This document shows positions 25,817-30,205 of a stretch of DNA of 30,205 nt, piece by piece; the first letter of the stretch is position 1; each line of letters begins with the position of its first letter. The notes beneath the pieces are model-generated. The model was not told the origin of the DNA, searched no databases, and saw only the letters and a list, made by a program, of their open reading frames with translations. The DNA is from a virus. Lineage: Duplodnaviria; Caudoviricetes. A program made the position numbers and the translations under genes. The stretch covers positions 1-30,205 of the IMG/VR virus record IMGVR_UViG_3300046710_000085; one strand, written 5' to 3'.

Positions 25817-26392
25817 ATGTCAAAGAAATTTACAGAAGTGGAGCCCATTGAGGCTCAGATGAATGAAGCACCGATGAATGAAGACAACGAATTGAACCTT
25901 GACAATGTAGAGGCGTTGAATGCAGCCCTCCAGCCGAAAAGGACATCCTATCCGATCACACTCCAGAACGGTCAGAAGCTCAGGGTCCCTATTCAGGTCC
26001 TGGGCATGGCTCACGGGATGGAAGCATCGGATGGAGAGCACTATAAACTTGGTGAACCCAGCAACTCCAAAAAGGGTAGGCGCGTGTGGGTCAGGAAAGC
26101 AAACATGGGTTTACTTGATGGCTGGTCGATCGCCAACGACAAAGACTTCAATCTGATTCAAAAGGGCGAAACCCGAATAGAGTCTCAGGTAAGATTGCTG
26201 CAAGCCAAAAAGATACCGATTACTATCCTCAGTATGCGAGATTACAATGGTTTGAGCGAGGCCATGTTTCCCGGCTCCATGGACGATCCACAAGATATCC
26301 GAGACCGGGTGGATGCAATCGATAGTGAGGTTGGCGAAAGAGTTTCCAATCCTGGGGCCACCGACGATGGCGGCGCAGCACTATTATCCTAA
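25817..26392 (+). CDS. Tail assembly chaperone (gpG-like)
   Basis: Lies between tail tube and tape measure; overlapped by a second ORF. Confidence 0.7.
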   Translation: MSKKFTEVEPIEAQMNEAPMNEDNELNLDNVEALNAALQPKRTSYPITLQNGQKLRVPIQVLGMAHGMEASDGEHYKLGEPSNSKKGRRVWVRKANMGLLDGWSIANDKDFNLIQKGETRIESQVRLLQAKKIPITILSMRDYNGLSEAMFPGSMDDPQDIRDRVDAIDSEVGERVSNPGATDDGGAALLS

Positions 26393-26609
26393 TCTTTTTG
26401 AGGACATATCAGGGGAAGAACTGCTTCAGATCGATCTTGAGTGTATGTACGAGGCCAATCGTCGGGAGATAGAAGCTGGTGAGAAGCAGAAGAAAGACTC
26501 CGATTGGGGCAGTAAGCATCCTGGGGCCGAGCCCTTCCCCGACAGAGACACGATGTGGGCGAATGCAAAGGCTGCGAAAAAGAAGGCGGAACAGAAAGAA
26601 GAGGATTAG
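26256..26609 (+). CDS. Tail assembly chaperone extension (gpT-like), in the +1 frame
   Basis: Frame open 26256-26609 (first ATG 26313), overlapping the gpG-like gene; lies directly before the tape measure. Confidence 0.65.
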   Translation, partial: ARPCFPAPWTIHKISETGWMQSIVRLAKEFPILGPPTMAAQHYYPNLFEDISGEELLQIDLECMYEANRREIEAGEKQKKDSDWGSKHPGAEPFPDRDTMWANAKAAKKKAEQKEED

Positions 26610-26663
26610 TCTTCTTTCTTCTTTTTTGGGGAATAATAAAGCATATTGATAATAACTTAGGCG

Positions 26664-29600
26664 GTGATTTTTATAGGTGCTGAAGATCTTGCATATAGAG
26701 CCACACTTGACTTAAGTTCGTGGGCAAATAGTATCAAGCAAATGGGCTCCGACATGGGGAATACCGCCAAGAATATGGCTTCCAGTATCGAGAAGGGGGC
26801 GGGCGACTTTGGCGCGCTGGGTGGCAAGTTGGGATCTCAGCTTGTTTCTGGTCTAACGTCGCAATTTGGCACTTTAGGGAAGTTGGGAGGCACACTTGGG
26901 AGTGTACTCTCAACAGCAATGGCAAGTCCTGTGGCTGGGGCGATAGCAGGCGTAGCCGCGATAGGCGCACTGACAGCCGGGATAACTCAGTGTGCTGATG
27001 CAGCCGGAGGCTTCCAGAAAACTATGGCTCAGGTCGCCTCCGCCACCGGAGAATCCTATTCCAGCCTCGCTAGTGGGATCGAGGATATGACTCGTGGAAC
27101 CGGCACAAGCATGACAGAAGCCGGGGCTGCAGCTCTTCAATTATCAGATACATTCAAAAATAATAAGGATATTCTGGACGCACTTCACGGTTCTCTGTTG
27201 TTGTCGAAAGGGGCGCATATGGATTTATCCAGTGCCATTACAACCACATCCGGTGTATTAACACAATTCAATTTATCTGCGACAGATTCAGATCGAGCCG
27301 CCAATGTCTTCGTTGCCGGAGCGCAACACTCCAAAGAATCTGCCACACAGTTGGGGCAGGCAGTTGAAGCAGTCGGACCTACTGCCAAGAACCTCGGAAT
27401 GTCCCTGGAAGAGACAACTGCTATGATGATGGCTTTTGGAGACTCCAATCTCAAGGGAGCCGAGGCCGGGTCAGCCTTTGCCATGTCGATGAAGGGGCTG
27501 ACTAAGGATAACAAATCAGTAACTGATAGCTTGTCGGCTATGGGGCTCACGTTCGACCAGGTCAATCCACAGATGCACTCGATGGATGAGATAATCAACA
27601 CCCTGGCGGCTCATCACATGACACTGGCCGAGTCACAAGCCCTGTTTGGTCGATCCGGGGCGGCCATGTATGCGGTCGTTTCGGATGGCACAGGGAAACT
27701 TGAGAAATATCAGACCGCGATAACCGGCACTACCGCCGCCGTGGATGCCGCCAAGGTTGCAGGCAATAACTATGAATCCACAATGAAAAAGTTCGGGGTG
27801 GCCGTCGAATCTGCTGAAATAGCTCTTGGGAATGTGTTCATCCCGGTCCTGACCAATGTCTTGTCTGTAATGACAGAGCTGACTGTCGAATCTGTCCTTT
27901 TCTGCGAACGATTGGGAGAGATCCCAGCCAAGATAACAGCAGCGTTAGCACCAACCATCAAGAAAGGAGATACTTTCATTCTGGATCTCTTAGGGTTATC
28001 AGGAACGGCCAATCAAACCCAAGTAATATCCGCTCAAGCGATGGGCACGAAGATAGCAGGGGTCTATAGCGACTATCTGGGCAAGGGCATAACTGCCAAG
28101 TCTGGAGAGATCGCAGACCAAACCGGGAATGCTCTTGGGGGAGAAGTGGCCCTGAAGGCTGCTAGAGATGCCGCTGATAAGACTGCAAAGGAATTTACCG
28201 ACAGATTCGGGTCACAGTACGAGGCCGGCATGGCTCAGATGGCAGACGGCACTTATAAAAGTTGGGATGCCATTGTTGATCAACTCGCGGGCAGCACCGG
28301 GTCGGACACGAAAATAGCGAACGCTTTCGATTATCTAGGAAAACAGCTTGAACTGGGTGTCACCCGTACAAGTCAGCGATTGAATAATTATGTACTGACG
28401 TCACAAGGCACAATAATCGGACAGCTCAGTAACCAGACTTTCTATGATCCATTAAAAGCGTTCGAGTTGATGACTGGTATGCCCGCTCCTGAAAAAGGAA
28501 CCGCCGCATATTTCCGTCTGCTCGGGGATGCAAGTCAGGCGCAAATCGTCGAAATGAAAGCTACTTTGGAGAAGGAGACAAATGCCGCCTTCAAAGAGCT
28601 TGAAATCGACACGCCTACATTAAATTTCAAGATGGGACTCAGTAATCAAATTGACCCCGTTGTGCAGGAATACGCAAAAAATTTCTCGGATGGATTTAAA
28701 AACATCGATTGGCAGAACCTGCCCGGCATGGTTGCAACCGCCGGAAATTTAAAAACATGGGCTAAAAATAATTTGTTACCGTTTGAAGCCGATTCTCTCG
28801 GCGCAACCATCGATCAGCAGATGGCCGACTACAAAGCCCATCTGGTAGCCGGAATAGCCGACGCGGGAACTTTTGTCAAAGATGCCATGGGCAAAATGGG
28901 GAAGGATGCTACTCAAGCCTTCTCGGATGGGTTCATTTCAGACTCGGAGAAGACTATGCTCCTGGGTCTGAAGCCTCAGCTAGAACTCTTGCAGCAGCAA
29001 TCTCCCGAAGAATTCCGCAAGGCAGGCGGGGATTCCATGCTTGCCATGATCGATGAAGTCCAGAAAGGCGACTTGCCAGGAGCATTCGCTGCAATCGGAA
29101 AGAAGTGCGGCGAAGACTTCAAAGAGAATGTCCTTGGTGGTATGTCCGAGACTGTAAAGGGCCTCAAAGATATCATCAATGATCCTAATCTTTTGAAGGA
29201 TTCCATTGCCGATCCTATGCGATTTTACACAGGCACTATCAAGCCTGCTCTGGAACAGATGAAAAAGGATGGCGACGAAGCGTTGGCATCCGGTCAGCAG
29301 AGTGCGAACCAGTTATATAATGAATATGTGGGTCAACTCTATAAAGTATATAATCTAGTTCCTGGATATGTCCAAAAAGCCATAGATCTTTTTGCAACCA
29401 TTAATCCGGCTACAGGGGAGGGCATGATCTCCTGGCAAGAGATGAACAATATAATAGATCGGGGCAACGGTCTACTCGACACAGCAAACGGCAAGGCGAC
29501 TCAATTTTCATCAACCTTACAAACCGGAACGGGCACCACTCTCACTTATGATGCTGCACACAAGCAACTGACCGCCACTTTGGCCGGACATTCTGCGCAA

Positions 29601-30205
29601 ATCCCGGAACTGAGTGCGAAGGTGAATGATTTAGACCAGAAATACCATAACGGGGTACTCACCGTTGATCAGTACAAGTCTGCCATAGTTGATCTAGCCA
29701 CCAACGCACTGCCTAAAACATCATCGGCGGCTATGGACGCCGGAAAGGGCATAGATTTTATCACGGTATCGGCAAATTCGTCTACAGGCGCGGTCAACAA
29801 TTTACAAGTCGCGTTAGGCTCATTGATTGCCACCCTCAACAGCATCCCAGGCGGAGCGGCAATTCCATCAAACTTTGGCAACTTCTTCGGGACAAACAAC
29901 CAGGCCCCGGCCAAGCCTTCGGCAGCAACCCCCTCATCTGGTTATGCGAATCCTGTCTCAAATCCTGTTTCATCATCTCCTGTCGTATATGGAAACCTCG
30001 GGCCTGGCGTATCGTCTCCGGTCGGGGATTTCCTGAAGTCCTTTGGAACCGTGCAACAATCTACCGTGCCCCTGACATCTCCTTCGAGCACCTCGGCATC
30101 GCAGGCCGTTCCTGTGGTCATCATGAATCAGGCGAGCAATCCGAGCATTATCAGCAACCCCTATGACGCCGTTAAGATGGATTATGCCGCAAGCCCCTGG
30201 TTGAA
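26664..30205 (+). CDS. Tape measure protein (TP901-like core), 3'-truncated, about 1180 codons in the window
   Basis: Absent from the ORF track because it has no stop in the window. Manual translation shows it open to the end. Contains FQKTMAQV, LTQFNLSATDSDRAANVFVAGAQHS, VGPTAKNLGMSLEETTA and LKGAEAGSA. Confidence 0.93.
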   Translation, partial: MIFIGAEDLAYRATLDLSSWANSIKQMGSDMGNTAKNMASSIEKGAGDFGALGGKLGSQLVSGLTSQFGTLGKLGGTLGSVLSTAMASPVAGAIAGVAAIGALTAGITQCADAAGGFQKTMAQVASATGESYSSLASGIEDMTRGTGTSMTEAGAAALQLSDTFKNNKDILDALHGSLLLSKGAHMDLSSAITTTSGVLTQFNLSATDSDRAANVFVAGAQHSKESATQLGQAVEAVGPTAKNLGMSLEETTAMMMAFGDSNLKGAEAGSAFAMSMKGLTKDNKSVTDSLSAMGLTFDQVNPQMHSMDEIINTLAAHHMTLAESQALFGRSGAAMYAVVSDGTGKLEKYQTAITGTTAAVDAAKVAGNNYESTMKKFGVAVESAEIALGNVFIPVLTNVLSVMTELTVESVLFCERLGEIPAKITAALAPTIKKGDTFILDLLGLSGTANQTQVISAQAMGTKIAGVYSDYLGKGITAKSGEIADQTGNALGGEVALKAARDAADKTAKEFTDRFGSQYEAGMAQMADGTYKSWDAIVDQLAGSTGSDTKIANAFDYLGKQLELGVTRTSQRLNNYVLTSQGTIIGQLSNQTFYDPLKAFELMTGMPAPEKGTAAYFRLLGDASQAQIVEMKATLEKETNAAFKELEIDTPTLNFKMGLSNQIDPVVQEYAKNFSDGFKNIDWQNLPGMVATAGNLKTWAKNNLLPFEADSLGATIDQQMADYKAHLVAGIADAGTFVKDAMGKMGKDATQAFSDGFISDSEKTMLLGLKPQLELLQQQSPEEFRKAGGDSMLAMIDEVQKGDLPGAFAAIGKKCGEDFKENVLGGMSETVKGLKDIINDPNLLKDSIADPMRFYTGTIKPALEQMKKDGDEALASGQQSANQLYNEYVGQLYKVYNLVPGYVQKAIDLFATINPATGEGMISWQEMNNIIDRGNGLLDTANGKATQFSSTLQTGTGTTLTYDAAHKQLTATLAGHSAQIPELSAKVNDLDQKYHNGVLTVDQYKSAIVDLATNALPKTSSAAMDAGKGIDFITVSANSSTGAVNNLQVALGSLIATLNSIPGGAAIPSNFGNFFGTNNQAPAKPSAATPSSGYANPVSNPVSSSPVVYGNLGPGVSSPVGDFLKSFGTVQQSTVPLTSPSSTSASQAVPVVIMNQASNPSIISNPYDAVKMDYAASPWL

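Larger units (their letters stand above)
1..30205 (+). mobile_element. Tailed dsDNA virus/provirus segment (siphovirus-like), probably archaeal host; both ends lie outside the window
   Basis: Co-oriented terminase, portal, scaffold, capsid, tail tube, chaperone and tape-measure genes. No host housekeeping genes, integrase or att site in the window. Archaeal host inferred from GGTGA-type SD motifs and oligo-T gene ends. Confidence 0.95.

Noticed and set aside
29949-29972. Tandem repeat AATCCTGTCTCA/AATCCTGTTTCA
   Set aside because: Two-copy coding repeat (NPVS) in a Pro/Ser-rich linker of the tape measure; unremarkable.
1-30205. Second VR elsewhere in the window
   Set aside because: Visual check of gene 3' ends found no other match to the TR core (GGTGTCGGCTATCGG); a computational search is needed to exclude diverged copies.

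Overview
The whole window is a 30-kb segment of a tailed dsDNA virus or provirus with a siphovirus-like layout, and essentially every real gene is on the + strand. Gene order: 5'-truncated primase-polymerase/helicase, small early genes, terminase small and large subunits, portal, scaffold, major capsid protein, head-completion genes, a complete diversity-generating retroelement (DGR), a secreted-protein and lysis block with a papain-like protease, neck/tail-completion genes, tail tube, tail-assembly chaperones and a 3'-truncated tape-measure gene. GGTGA/GAGGT ribosome-binding sites, oligo-T gene ends, sequon-rich secreted proteins and a protease in place of a muramidase suggest an archaeal host, possibly a Methanosarcinales/Methanothrix-like methanogen; this is inference only. 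The strongest signal is the DGR. It comprises a target gene (13581-15398) with a variable repeat (VR, 15279-15389), a 102-aa accessory gene that does not look like Avd, a template repeat (TR, 15760-15870) and an RT (15992-17038). Manual alignment of VR and TR gives 28 mismatches in 111 bp, all at TR adenines. Other notable items are a probable iteron-type origin inside the primase gene, a candidate +1 frameshift in the tail chaperone, a post-capsid protein carrying a signal peptide, and recurring intergenic stem-loops. All family assignments come from motif recognition by eye; no searches were run.
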